Shown here: positions 9,893-19,126 of the stretch, in pieces | Layout of the letters: every line of letters starts with the position of its first letter | Position numbering within the stretch: position 1 is the stretch's first letter | Assembly (NCBI GenBank): GCA_963667845.2 | Contig: CAXXVL010000001.1 | Location: 128,001 to 192,000, forward strand | Direction: 5' to 3' | DNA: 64,000 nt | Source of the DNA: Smithellaceae bacterium | GTDB lineage: Bacteria; Desulfobacterota; Syntrophia; Syntrophales; Smithellaceae | Made by a program: the position numbers and the translations under genes | The notes under the pieces: model-generated | The model's input: the letters and a program-made list of their open reading frames with translations, nothing else | The model's database searches: none | What the model was told of the DNA's origin: nothing

Positions 9893-9991
9893 AATCCCGC
9901 TCACTCGGGACGAGTGTTAATTCCCTGCCGCTTGTTGCGAAATAATGACGTTCATTTCATACCTCGACAGTTTGCTGCGAGGTGGTTGATT
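9893..9991. mobile_element. Small dispersed palindromic repeat, family A, longest copy (IS200/IS605-end-like)
   Basis: ATCCCGCTCACTCGGGACGAGTGTTAA...TTGCTGCGAGGTGGTTGATT; related copies at 29226 and 38877. Confidence 0.7.
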
Positions 9992-10154
9992 TCTCTTCGG
10001 GAAGTTGTATCATACATGCCGCGTATGAACGCATCGCGGAGTTTCTTCCCGGAAGGCAGAGGGAGCAAAGCCGCTGAGGTTCTGCGCACATTCGGACGCG
10101 TTTGAGGGCGCAAAGAGGCTTTCTTGGACATTCCGGTAGAAAGGAGAGGTATTC

Positions 10155-10388
10155 ATGGAGCAGGGGCGAATCAGAAAAATTTTCAGAGGATTGATCATCC
10201 TGGTTGTGACGATCGCGATTTTAGGCGGTTGTGAAAGCGGCGATAAGGTGATTGACGAGGCGACCGGCAACCGGGCCCTTAAGCAGTATAAAGCAGCCAA
10301 AGAAAAATTAAATACGATCGACACACAGCAGAAGGAAAAATATAAGACGCTTGAGGAAAATGAAGCGCCGGAAAAGCGCTCGGACTGA
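10155..10388 (+). CDS. Small lipoprotein of unknown function
   Basis: RBS AAGGAGAGG; hydrophobic signal ending in the lipobox LGGC. Confidence 0.75.
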   Translation: MEQGRIRKIFRGLIILVVTIAILGGCESGDKVIDEATGNRALKQYKAAKEKLNTIDTQQKEKYKTLEENEAPEKRSD

Positions 10389-10675
10389 TCACACCGAACC
10401 GGGGCGTGAATCGCGTCCGCGGACGGAAATTCCCGCGACTCGCCCTGGCCATTCAGGGGAATAAGGTTTTAATTGTCATTGGTCTGCAGCGCCGCTCGGC
10501 ACTTTGCGAATATCACGCATGTATCATCAGCGTATCATGATCGCGATGCATAATGAGACACTTTACTACATGCGTGCTACATAAAACGCTTGTAGATTCA
10601 AGCATCCTTTCCCATATTAGTAATATAATTAACAATATCAATGTTGTGTATTTATCCGGTATGCGGTCAGGGTAT

Positions 10676-10691
10676 TGGCATGGTGTCTGCA
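10676..10691 (+). promoter_or_regulatory. sigma54 (-24/-12) promoter
   Basis: TGGCATGGTGTCTGCA has exact GG-N10-GC spacing; AT-rich, IHF-like tract upstream. Confidence 0.7.
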
Positions 10692-10971
10692 ATGCGATAA
10701 GGAGCTTTCCACTGGGCGGTCACGGGCTTAGCCGCCTGCCGCGAACACGAAGGTGGCGGGACCGCTTCCTCAGGAAAGCACATGTTTGATTCACCGGAGA
10801 AGGAAATAATCAGAAAATCAAAAATGCCGGTTATTAAATCGCGGAAAAGAAATAATATCTTAAAACGTTAGGGCGGTAACCGTCGCAATGATCAACTCTC
10901 GCTGTCCGTAACTTTTAGTGCTGCGGGGGATTATCGGCGAAAAATTTAGCGCCTGCTAAAAAAACTGAAAG

Positions 10972-12231
10972 ATGAGGGATAAAATGAAAAGCTGGAAAGC
11001 ATTATGTTGTTGTTTGGTACTTTTTTTTGCGGTCGTGACGTGGGCGGCAACGAGTCAAGCGGAGGAGGTGGTCATCGGATACAGCGGTCCGCTCAGCGGT
11101 CCCGCCGGTGAATACGGCCAGGACAATGTCAACGGTATCGACATGGCCGTCCGCGAAATCAACGCTGCGGGCGGGATCACGGTTAAGGGGAAAAATTACT
11201 TCTTCAAACTCCACCGGCTGGACGACCGGGCGGGAATGGCTGAGGCTGTCGGCAACGCGCGCAAATTCGTTACACAGGATAAGGCGCCGGTCGTGTTTAA
11301 TTCGTCGGCTACAACGATCGGCGCTTTAATGAAGATCAATGAAACCAAGGGCAGTGAATTCCTGATCGTCGGTTATACCAGTTTGCATGCGCTTCACGGT
11401 CTGGGCAATAAACTGCTCATCAATCCCACACCGGACTTTCTCGCTTATGTTGCGGCGGCGTCCGATATCGCCTGGAAGAAAGGATTCCGCAACGGAGCGA
11501 TGGTTGTGACTCTGGGCGCTTACGGTGATGCGTGGCGAAAGAGCTTTCGGTCGGCCTGGGAGAAAAAAGGCGGCAGGATCCTTGCCGACTGTCCGATCAA
11601 CTATTACACCGAAACGGATTTTTCCGCGCAGCTCACCTCCGCTCTCGTTACCAAGCCGGATTTCCTGCTGATCGGCGGTCCTTCCGCTACTACGGCTCTG
11701 GCGGTTGAACAGGCCAGAAGCATGGGCTTTAAAGGCGGCTTTGTCATGATCGACCAGGCCCGGATGGATTTTATAGCCGGCGTGCTGAAGAATATGAACT
11801 TGATGGACGGAACAATCGGCATCGCCAACATTGCGGATCTGACGATGCCGGCCACGGCGGAATTCACCAAACGCTACAAGGATGCCTACAAAAGAACGCC
11901 GACCTGGGAATCCGCATTTAATTACAGCACAATGCATGTCATCGCCGAAGCTATGATCCTCGCCGGCTCCGTCAGTGATCCCCGTGCTATCCGCGGAGCC
12001 GTAGCCAAGGCGCTGCCGATTCTTGGCGATAAATATCCCAACGAGTTGTTCCGTATTCAGGAGAACGGTGTGCTGGATTCCGGAGGAGGTATCCAGAGCG
12101 TGGATAACGGCAAATTCGGCAAAGTTTATTACATACTTTCCTTTCCGAAAAGCCTGGCGGAATTTGAAAAATTCAAAAAAATAAGCAAAACGAGAGAGCC
12201 GGAAAACTGCCTGTGGGTTCCGGTTCATTAA
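10972..12231 (+). CDS. Orphan LivK-type ABC substrate-binding protein
   Basis: Signal peptide; VIGYSGPLSGPA and TDFSAQLT motifs; no adjacent permease genes. Confidence 0.88.
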   Translation: MRDKMKSWKALCCCLVLFFAVVTWAATSQAEEVVIGYSGPLSGPAGEYGQDNVNGIDMAVREINAAGGITVKGKNYFFKLHRLDDRAGMAEAVGNARKFVTQDKAPVVFNSSATTIGALMKINETKGSEFLIVGYTSLHALHGLGNKLLINPTPDFLAYVAAASDIAWKKGFRNGAMVVTLGAYGDAWRKSFRSAWEKKGGRILADCPINYYTETDFSAQLTSALVTKPDFLLIGGPSATTALAVEQARSMGFKGGFVMIDQARMDFIAGVLKNMNLMDGTIGIANIADLTMPATAEFTKRYKDAYKRTPTWESAFNYSTMHVIAEAMILAGSVSDPRAIRGAVAKALPILGDKYPNELFRIQENGVLDSGGGIQSVDNGKFGKVYYILSFPKSLAEFEKFKKISKTREPENCLWVPVH

Positions 12232-12270
12232 GACAAGCGGTAATCGGCGGATTCGGATCATCGGAGAGAG

Positions 12271-12304
12271 AAAGCCCCCATCCCGGTAGCGGATGGGGGC
12301 TTTT
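12271..12304 (+). terminator. Rho-independent terminator, probably bidirectional
   Basis: AAAGCCCCCATCC...GGATGGGGGCTTTT between convergent genes. Confidence 0.85.
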
Positions 12305-12354
12305 ATTTTCAGGAGAGACGCGAATGCCTGGAAGGCGGAACTGCAAAACGGCGT

Positions 12355-14196
12355 TTATTTCATGAGCACTTTCAAATCATTAATAATCGCGCGGTAATCC
12401 TGATATCTTTTATCCGGATTCTTTTCCATCATTTTCCCTATGATGCCCGACAGTGCGCTCGAAAGGATGGGGTTCATTTTCTTGAGGGGAACCAGGTTCT
12501 CCATCACGTGCTTGGATAGAATGGAATCGACTGTGTCTCCGTCAAAGGGAGGCACGCCGGCGAAGAGATGATAAAATGTGGCGCCCAAGGAATAAATATC
12601 GCTGCGGCGGTCCAACGGGCGGCCCGTGCTGCACTCGGGAGACGCATAAAGCGGCGATCCCACCATGCCTTCGGTTTTTTTCTTCTTTTCCGTATCATCA
12701 TTGACGACCGCCACGCCGAAGTCCACTACTTTTAATACGCCGTGATCATCGATCATGATATTCTCCGGCTTAATGTCGCGGTGGACGATGTTCTGCTCGC
12801 TGACAAAATCGAGCGTCCGGCAGATGGTGATGAAATGTTCCAGACCTTTTGCCGTATTGAGATTATTTCTATCCTTGATAATGTCGGCCAGCGTACCCCC
12901 GCGAATGAGTTCCATGGCAAAGAAGAGAACATCTTCCGAGTGATCGATGTGGTAAATTTGCGCGATATTGGGATGGTTCAGCCGGGAAACCAGCTGCGCT
13001 TCCTTCACAAACATGTCCCTGTAAGAGTCGATCATGGAAAGATTGAATGAAATGATCTTCAGGGCCACATCCCGCTCCAGAACAACGTCCCACCCTTTAA
13101 AAACACCGGCCATACTGCCGGCGCCGATAAAAGACACCGCTTTATAATTGCCCAATTTCTTTCCGACGAGGCTGCGATAAAACTTTATTTCCAGTGCCCG
13201 ATCACTTCCGGAATCTTCCACTTCGATATTCCGCACCTCCGGCGTATCCATTTGCATGACCATGTTGGCATCGATCAGTTTTCCGAGAGGCGACTTATCC
13301 GTCAAGGTGTGTTTTTTCGCCGGAAGTTTTTCCGGCGCGTCGTTTTGTTTGAGAATGTAATGATACGTTTCGTTCCATTCCGGAGAATTTTTTATGATGA
13401 CCCCGATTCGCGCCGACATCTGGTGATTGCTGATCGAAATATGCTTGACATGACCTTCCAGGACACATTTCCCCTCGGGCAGCCCAACTCTGACGTAAAG
13501 AGGCATATCGAGTTTGCCGAGCAGAGAGGTTTCCATCATCAATCCCTTGATATGGGCATTGATGACTTGACCGGGCATCCAGAAAATGGCATCGCGCGAT
13601 AATTCAACGGGGATCGATTCCTTTAAGATGGTGCGTTCATGATATCGGCGATGCTCCTCGGCTACCCCAGAGATGTCACTTTTCGGTCCGGCCGATGTTT
13701 TCCGACGCCCGTCACCGGCTGCGGATGCTCTCTTCTCTTTGGTCATCGCCGGGAATCTTCTGCCGATGCGTTCCGTGAGAACTTTGGACGCGTCCTCTTC
13801 CGGCGTATCCACAATGAAGTCATTCGCGCCCATATCGAAGGCCTTCAAAACCATGGCGACCTCGTCCTCTATCGTGCGGACCGCATGATCGCCCGTTCCC
13901 GCGTCCGGCGCCCCGCCGGCGCTCTCGGCGCTGTGGATGGAGACAAAAAATACAAAGGGAATCTCTTTCAAGGCGGGACTGTTTTTCAGTGCATCAAGGA
14001 AATCATAGCCGCTCCCGTCGGCAAGCTCGCTGTCGCTGACGACGAGGACCACGGAATTGCTGCTCACCAAGTCGAGCGCCTCACTCATGGCTGTTGCCGT
14101 CAGCAGTGAATAACCGGCATCCGTGAGCGACCGGCCAACCGTCTCGAGAAAATTCTTTTCACGATTAGCCAGAAGTATGTAGCTTTTAGTATCCAT
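12355..14196 (-). CDS. Hanks-type Ser/Thr protein kinase with an N-terminal atypical receiver domain and a PilZ-like domain
   Basis: Kinase motifs IGAGSMAGV, VALK, HRDIKPEN, DFG and YASPE; REC-like VVSD...GYDF...IPFVF; PilZ-like RRYHER and NAHIKG. Confidence 0.88.
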   Translation of the reverse strand: MDTKSYILLANREKNFLETVGRSLTDAGYSLLTATAMSEALDLVSSNSVVLVVSDSELADGSGYDFLDALKNSPALKEIPFVFFVSIHSAESAGGAPDAGTGDHAVRTIEDEVAMVLKAFDMGANDFIVDTPEEDASKVLTERIGRRFPAMTKEKRASAAGDGRRKTSAGPKSDISGVAEEHRRYHERTILKESIPVELSRDAIFWMPGQVINAHIKGLMMETSLLGKLDMPLYVRVGLPEGKCVLEGHVKHISISNHQMSARIGVIIKNSPEWNETYHYILKQNDAPEKLPAKKHTLTDKSPLGKLIDANMVMQMDTPEVRNIEVEDSGSDRALEIKFYRSLVGKKLGNYKAVSFIGAGSMAGVFKGWDVVLERDVALKIISFNLSMIDSYRDMFVKEAQLVSRLNHPNIAQIYHIDHSEDVLFFAMELIRGGTLADIIKDRNNLNTAKGLEHFITICRTLDFVSEQNIVHRDIKPENIMIDDHGVLKVVDFGVAVVNDDTEKKKKTEGMVGSPLYASPECSTGRPLDRRSDIYSLGATFYHLFAGVPPFDGDTVDSILSKHVMENLVPLKKMNPILSSALSGIIGKMMEKNPDKRYQDYRAIINDLKVLMK

Positions 14197-14269
14197 AGTC
14201 CTTGCGATGAACGTATCCAGTTATATGAAGAAATTCATTTTGCAAACGGCTAATTTATATGCCGGGCGC

Positions 14270-15124
14270 TCACGCCTGCTTGGGGCGGTTCGCGTTCGGT
14301 TTGATGCAAACATGTAAAGCAAAGGACTGGTTTCCCACTTGAAAGATGAGCACGGCCACGGAGGTGTTTTGCAGATATCCGATCTGGTGGCCGGGACCCA
14401 CAACAATGGAGGGCAGCGAAATCTCAAAATGATAGGGCTTCCCGACAAATTCCTTTTTCGTGGTGCCGCTGATCATGTTGATGATTTCGCTCACGCCGTC
14501 ATGAATCAGTTCCGCATCGATTGAACCTTCTTCCGTTCCCATCATCTTCGCAATGATCATTTTGGCCAGATCCCAGTAGAACGTGACCACAAGGGTCCCC
14601 TCGGCATCACCGGAGAGACCCATGATCCCTGAAACGTCACCGAATATTCTAATGGTATTGGAAAAATAAACTTTTTTGAATTTAACATCCACCCCTGCCA
14701 TGGTGTTAAGGATATGGCACGTGTTGTTGATAAAAGGTTCCAGGTATTCAAGTTCTTCCGCCAGGGGGTCCCTGCTTGGAATTAAATAACCATTGATAAT
14801 ATGTTTGCAGGCCGGCGGCGGGTCTGATAAAGACAGCACTTCGGTGGCGCCGGCGATAATATAGGGTTGCGACGGGAAGTCCCGTTTCTGACCATGAAAG
14901 AGAATGATGGGAATATTCTGGAAGCTGCAGGCATACCGCAAGTTGCAGATTTGCTGAACGACATGTTCCTGATTCTTGCTCATCCACAAAATAATCATGT
15001 CATAGCCGCCGACGGCCATCCCGTCGTGAAACTTTTCGTATTCGATATAGGCATTTTCGCCAAGCAACTTTAGAATATCTTTTTCGGCTTTCGGACTGCA
15101 ATCAAGTCCCAGTATTTTCTTCAT
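14270..15124 (-). CDS. cheX: CheX-family phosphatase fused to a degenerate receiver domain
   Basis: PFINNT, GDVSGIMGLSG and catalytic ExxN (EIINMISG); N-terminal KILGLD...DMIILW...IPIILF...AGA.EVL; RBS GGAGG before ATG 15124. Confidence 0.82.
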   Translation of the reverse strand: MKKILGLDCSPKAEKDILKLLGENAYIEYEKFHDGMAVGGYDMIILWMSKNQEHVVQQICNLRYACSFQNIPIILFHGQKRDFPSQPYIIAGATEVLSLSDPPPACKHIINGYLIPSRDPLAEELEYLEPFINNTCHILNTMAGVDVKFKKVYFSNTIRIFGDVSGIMGLSGDAEGTLVVTFYWDLAKMIIAKMMGTEEGSIDAELIHDGVSEIINMISGTTKKEFVGKPYHFEISLPSIVVGPGHQIGYLQNTSVAVLIFQVGNQSFALHVCIKPNANRPKQA

Positions 15125-15252
15125 AGAAAAGAAACCTCCATTTCGTGTTCGCTGTGAATCCTCGGGATCGCTGATAAAATTCCGGGTATGCATCGGCGGC
15201 TGCGGTTTTGCTCCGGCAGCGCCCGGTTTCCGATATCCATCTGCCGCATCTC

Positions 15253-15645
15253 CTATTTCTTATTCAGCACTTGATGAATTGCATCTTTCAGTTGATCCGG
15301 CGTAAAAGGTTTTGTGAGATACCCCTGTGCACCGGCGTCGACGGCTTCCTGAATTCTGCTCTCTTCGGACTCCGTGGATACCATCAACACGGGAATCCTC
15401 TTAAAACGATCATCGCGGCGCATGTTTCTTATCACGTCGATACCGTTCAAAACAGGCATATTCCAGTCCAGAAGCACGATGCGGACATCCGCGTAATCGG
15501 TTTCCAGAATATTCATGGCGTCCCTGCCGTTGCTAGCCGGAAGAGCCTCGAACCCATCCGAGACGACGGCTCTTTCGACAATGCCGCGGACCAGTCGCGA
15601 ATCATCTGCAATAAGCACTTTCATTTTCTTACTCTCCTTATTCAT
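15253..15645 (-). CDS. Single-domain CheY-like response regulator
   Basis: VLIADDS, LLDWNMP, IPVLMVST and YLTKPF: all canonical REC residues present. Confidence 0.92.
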   Translation of the reverse strand: MNKESKKMKVLIADDSRLVRGIVERAVVSDGFEALPASNGRDAMNILETDYADVRIVLLDWNMPVLNGIDVIRNMRRDDRFKRIPVLMVSTESEESRIQEAVDAGAQGYLTKPFTPDQLKDAIHQVLNKK

Positions 15646-15868
15646 TAAGACACTCCTTGAGGCGGATTTACTTTAAATCTTCCCTATACAGTTCTTTTTA
15701 TAGGGGGAACGGCGTTGTCTGTCAATGACAATTTATCTCCAAATACCGCGCAAAGCCCGTCACGTAAAGGAACGATGCGATAAAGCCGACTCTTAATTCC
15801 TTCACGGAGTATAGGCGTCATGCATTCAGCATGCGGCATCATGGATCTGAGGCGCAGCGTCCTCCCTG

Positions 15869-17548
15869 CTATAACCGCCACAGGAGTTTAAGTTTATTCA
15901 CAAGTTCTTTTTGCCGCTCATCGATCGCGGCCGGCGTCCATTCCCTGTGCTGTAAAACCTGCGCCGTGAGGATGAAGGGCGACGCGCCCCTGCCGGCGGC
16001 AAAATAATAATTCTTCATTTTTTCGAAATCAAAATTTTGCGCCTGCACACTCTTCCCGCCGGCGAGCAAAACCAGATTTCCGATGCGGTGCACACGCTGC
16101 AGCCTTTCGTCCGCCGCGGGAAACCATTTAATCCAGATGCTTTCCTTGCCCGGGTTTTGCGGAAGGACATGTTCTACCGAAATGACGGGCTCCTCATCAA
16201 GAATTCTTCCCCCGGCGAGTGCCGAGTCGAGCCGAAGGAGAACGTATCGCCGGATTCGTCTGGCGAGGTATAGATCACCGGCGAGGATCTTCATGATCAG
16301 GCCGATTTCGCCGGATGTTAATTGAAGCGGAGAATTTGCGGCATCCAGGTCGGCTTGTTCTTCGATGGCCGAAAGAAGCCGCTCATAGCGGCGGAGGCGG
16401 GAATACGCATCCGCCCGCAAAATCATCAGCCCCGCCGCCAGTCGTTCAAGGTCGGTGAAGAATCGCTCGAGTTTGCTCTGCGCATCGCGGTTTTGGGCCA
16501 GGTAGAGGATTGCCGGCGGAACCCAGTCGAAGTTGTCGATTTGATTCAGCCAACAGAGCATTGCATTGACGGTCCAGGCGTCCTGATCGCTTGAATACGA
16601 TGCCGTCCTGATGATTTCGAGATAGTCCGAGTAAGGCCTCAGGACGTCATCAATGAATTTCTGCGGGTTTTTTTGCGGCGGAATATGCTTGCGATACTCA
16701 AGAAGAGCGGCATCCCGCAATTTTGTTTTGCGGTAAACCAGCCGGATATGGGCGAATAATTCCTGGAAGGTCTCTTCCTCCTCGTCCTCCCAGAACTTGA
16801 TGTACGATCCCTGTTTTTCACCCGGAAGAGACCCGATCATTTCCGATCGGATCAGATCGATCAGCCTGAGATCCTGCGTACGTGCGTTCAGCACGGAGAA
16901 CGTGTGATAGGCCGATTCGATATCCGGGGCGGAAACGGCAATCAGAAAACAGCGCAGCATCAAATATTGCAGAAGCCTCTGGCAACGCATTTCGGGAAGA
17001 TGGGAAAGAGCCTCTATGAAAAAATTTATATGGTCCAGGACGTTTCTTTGGTTTTCCGTCAGCTGTGAGTCGAATTGCACGGGACTCTGCGTCTCTTTTT
17101 CATCCTGAATAAAATAGCGGAAGAATTCTTCGTCGCCCTCACGCAATTTAGGCCGGTAGCGGTCGGACATTCCCGCGATGAGGTCGCCTTTTTCGTATTT
17201 GCATACGGCAAGCATGGCGGAAAATTGGTTGGGGAGTAAGCGGCGCAGGGCCGCCAGAAGAATTGCAAACTCAGTCAGCCGTCGTCGCCCGTCAACGACG
17301 TTGACGTCCGGAGCGCCCTCTCCCTTGATCAGCGCTATACTGCCCAGAAAATAGGGTCGGGTAAACAAAACGGGCTGTGAATCGTTTTCCAGAGCAGCCA
17401 ACAGGTCAGTCAGCAGTTCCCCGGCCTGGTGCGCCGTCCACGTGTAAGGCCCGGGATAGAGAGGCACCGTAAACGCAAAATCATTTTTAAAAATTTTAAA
17501 CAATGCTTTTGGAATGACCTGGATGGTTACCGGCGTACATGGTTTCAT
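15869..17548 (-). CDS. GmrSD-like DUF262 + DUF1524 (HNH) protein with degenerate motifs
   Basis: YFLGSI and VVDGRRRLT (DGQQR position); C-terminal SVEHVLPQ...HRIGNLVLL. Confidence 0.85.
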   Translation of the reverse strand: MKPCTPVTIQVIPKALFKIFKNDFAFTVPLYPGPYTWTAHQAGELLTDLLAALENDSQPVLFTRPYFLGSIALIKGEGAPDVNVVDGRRRLTEFAILLAALRRLLPNQFSAMLAVCKYEKGDLIAGMSDRYRPKLREGDEEFFRYFIQDEKETQSPVQFDSQLTENQRNVLDHINFFIEALSHLPEMRCQRLLQYLMLRCFLIAVSAPDIESAYHTFSVLNARTQDLRLIDLIRSEMIGSLPGEKQGSYIKFWEDEEEETFQELFAHIRLVYRKTKLRDAALLEYRKHIPPQKNPQKFIDDVLRPYSDYLEIIRTASYSSDQDAWTVNAMLCWLNQIDNFDWVPPAILYLAQNRDAQSKLERFFTDLERLAAGLMILRADAYSRLRRYERLLSAIEEQADLDAANSPLQLTSGEIGLIMKILAGDLYLARRIRRYVLLRLDSALAGGRILDEEPVISVEHVLPQNPGKESIWIKWFPAADERLQRVHRIGNLVLLAGGKSVQAQNFDFEKMKNYYFAAGRGASPFILTAQVLQHREWTPAAIDERQKELVNKLKLLWRL

Positions 17549-17933
17549 AAAGATATCTTACCCGATAATACTTGCAAAGTCAAAGAGGTCAGGCAAAATG
17601 ACAGCGATGCCGATTCCCGATTAAACAGCGGCCCCGGGTCGGACCATGAGATCCGACCGGTCACTGGGATCACCCGGACAGCGCCGATGAAATTCGTACT
17701 GTGCGTCTCTAAAGGTTTAAAGGCGTCGCTACCGTCACCGGGAACGCCGCTTTTGTGCTGAGCCAACCTGCGCAATCAAGATATTTTGCCTATCTTGTCG
17801 CAGGGCTTCGAGTCCGTTCTATCGCACCTGAAGTCGTATACCGCATCGCGGCGCAGAGCGCCGGGTCTCAGAAATTGCATTTTAGAGGCAATAAGCGCGA
17901 ACGCTCATTAGCCCGCTGGGGCGGGACGTAAAA

Positions 17934-18584
17934 TCACGCCAGAATATTTTTGAGGATATAATCTTCGATGAGGCCGTCGATTTTCTTTTTCGAATACTTC
18001 CTCCGGAATGTCCAGCCCCGCAGGGCCGGCATAATCAGCTGGAAAAAAATCATGCTGGCGGCAAAGTAGGGGTCTTTTACCTTGAACAAACCTTGTTTGA
18101 TTCCCACCCGAATAAGTTTTTCCATCTCTCTGATCTGGTCCAGCTCCATTTTCTTTGCGCGGTCCATGTCCTTTTTCGGCAGCAGCCGCGACTCCCGGTA
18201 CATCAGGACAATCTCATTGTGAAATTCATGGATGTTGTTCATGGATATACGGAGATTGGACCGCAAGCGTTCCAGGGGATCTTTGACGGTCATGACTTCG
18301 GGGCCCAGAGACGATTCCTCTACAATCTTGTGATAAACATCGAAGACGAGGCAAAGGATATCTTCTTTTTTTGAAATATAGTCATACAGGTTACCCATCG
18401 CCATGCCAGTGGCCCGGGAGATTTCACGCATCGTCGTTTGCTGGTAACCTTTTTTGATGAACAATTTTGCCGCTGACTTTGCAATCAGAAGCTGCTTTTT
18501 GCCGACCAAGTCGGAATTCTTGATCCGGCTGTAAACACGACGGGCGCTCTTTTTCGCAGGAGGTGCTGCTTTAACATTTCTCAT
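17934..18584 (-). CDS. TetR/AcrR family transcriptional regulator
   Basis: AAKLFIKKGYQQTTMREIS...GNLYDYISKKEDIL HTH; start placed at ATG 18584. Confidence 0.92.
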   Translation of the reverse strand: MRNVKAAPPAKKSARRVYSRIKNSDLVGKKQLLIAKSAAKLFIKKGYQQTTMREISRATGMAMGNLYDYISKKEDILCLVFDVYHKIVEESSLGPEVMTVKDPLERLRSNLRISMNNIHEFHNEIVLMYRESRLLPKKDMDRAKKMELDQIREMEKLIRVGIKQGLFKVKDPYFAASMIFFQLIMPALRGWTFRRKYSKKKIDGLIEDYILKNILA

Positions 18585-18848
18585 CAATTTCTCTTTGTGC
18601 GTCCCGGTATAGAAAAAAAACTTGAGGGATGCTAACAGTGAAACAGCTTGCGAAGGCATATCAGCAAATAAAAATAAAATAAAGATGAAAATGCTCTTGC
18701 GACAAAAGAGAATGCATGATAGGCAAAAAAAAAGCGAGCGATCGTTCTTTTTGTTTTATTACCACTAGCGCAGGATCGTCCGTTTGTGGTAATGAGTCGT
18801 TTCTTGTTTTGAAATACTTTTCGAAATGGATGCCGTAAAAGACATGCC

Positions 18849-18866
18849 TGAATCACTAATCATTAC
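18849..18866. promoter_or_regulatory. Candidate TetR operator (FadR/YsiA-box-like)
   Basis: TGAATCACTAATCATTAC resembles TGAATGAnTAnTCATTCA; a second palindrome, GAGCGATCGTTC, lies at 18736-18747 in the divergent intergenic region. Confidence 0.4.
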
Positions 18867-19126
18867 ATTGCCGAAGAGGATTGCCCTTCTTACGAGAGCC
18901 CTCTCGGCTGCGAGCAGGGTTTACAATGTCTTTCCGGGGGCGCCCCGCGTTTCCGGGCAGGAAGCAGCTTGAGCTCTCTTAATTTTTTTCTGGCTGCACC
19001 ATACATTTCAATTGATATTTCATCTCGGCCATAGTGGAATTTCGCGAAAGCGCCACGTGAGACGAGGCAGTCCGTTGCTTTGGCAACCGGACCGGTTCTG
19101 AATTTAAACCAGAAAGGATATACAAT

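Noticed and set aside
10030..10100. Possible c-di-GMP-I riboswitch (GCAAAGCC-like motif)
   Set aside because: The GGCAAA/GAAA-tetraloop P2 arrangement and P3 pairing could not be built.
11326..12261. 311-aa antisense ORF; similar cases at 1417-2163, 21018-21782, 26810-27556, 48523-49563 and 51728-52762
   Set aside because: Each lies opposite a well-supported gene and has no recognisable motifs; typical codon-bias shadow ORFs.
17795..17820. tRNA T-loop-like TTCGAGTCC; similar motifs near 47722 and 63011
   Set aside because: No cloverleaf, acceptor stem or D-arm can be formed.
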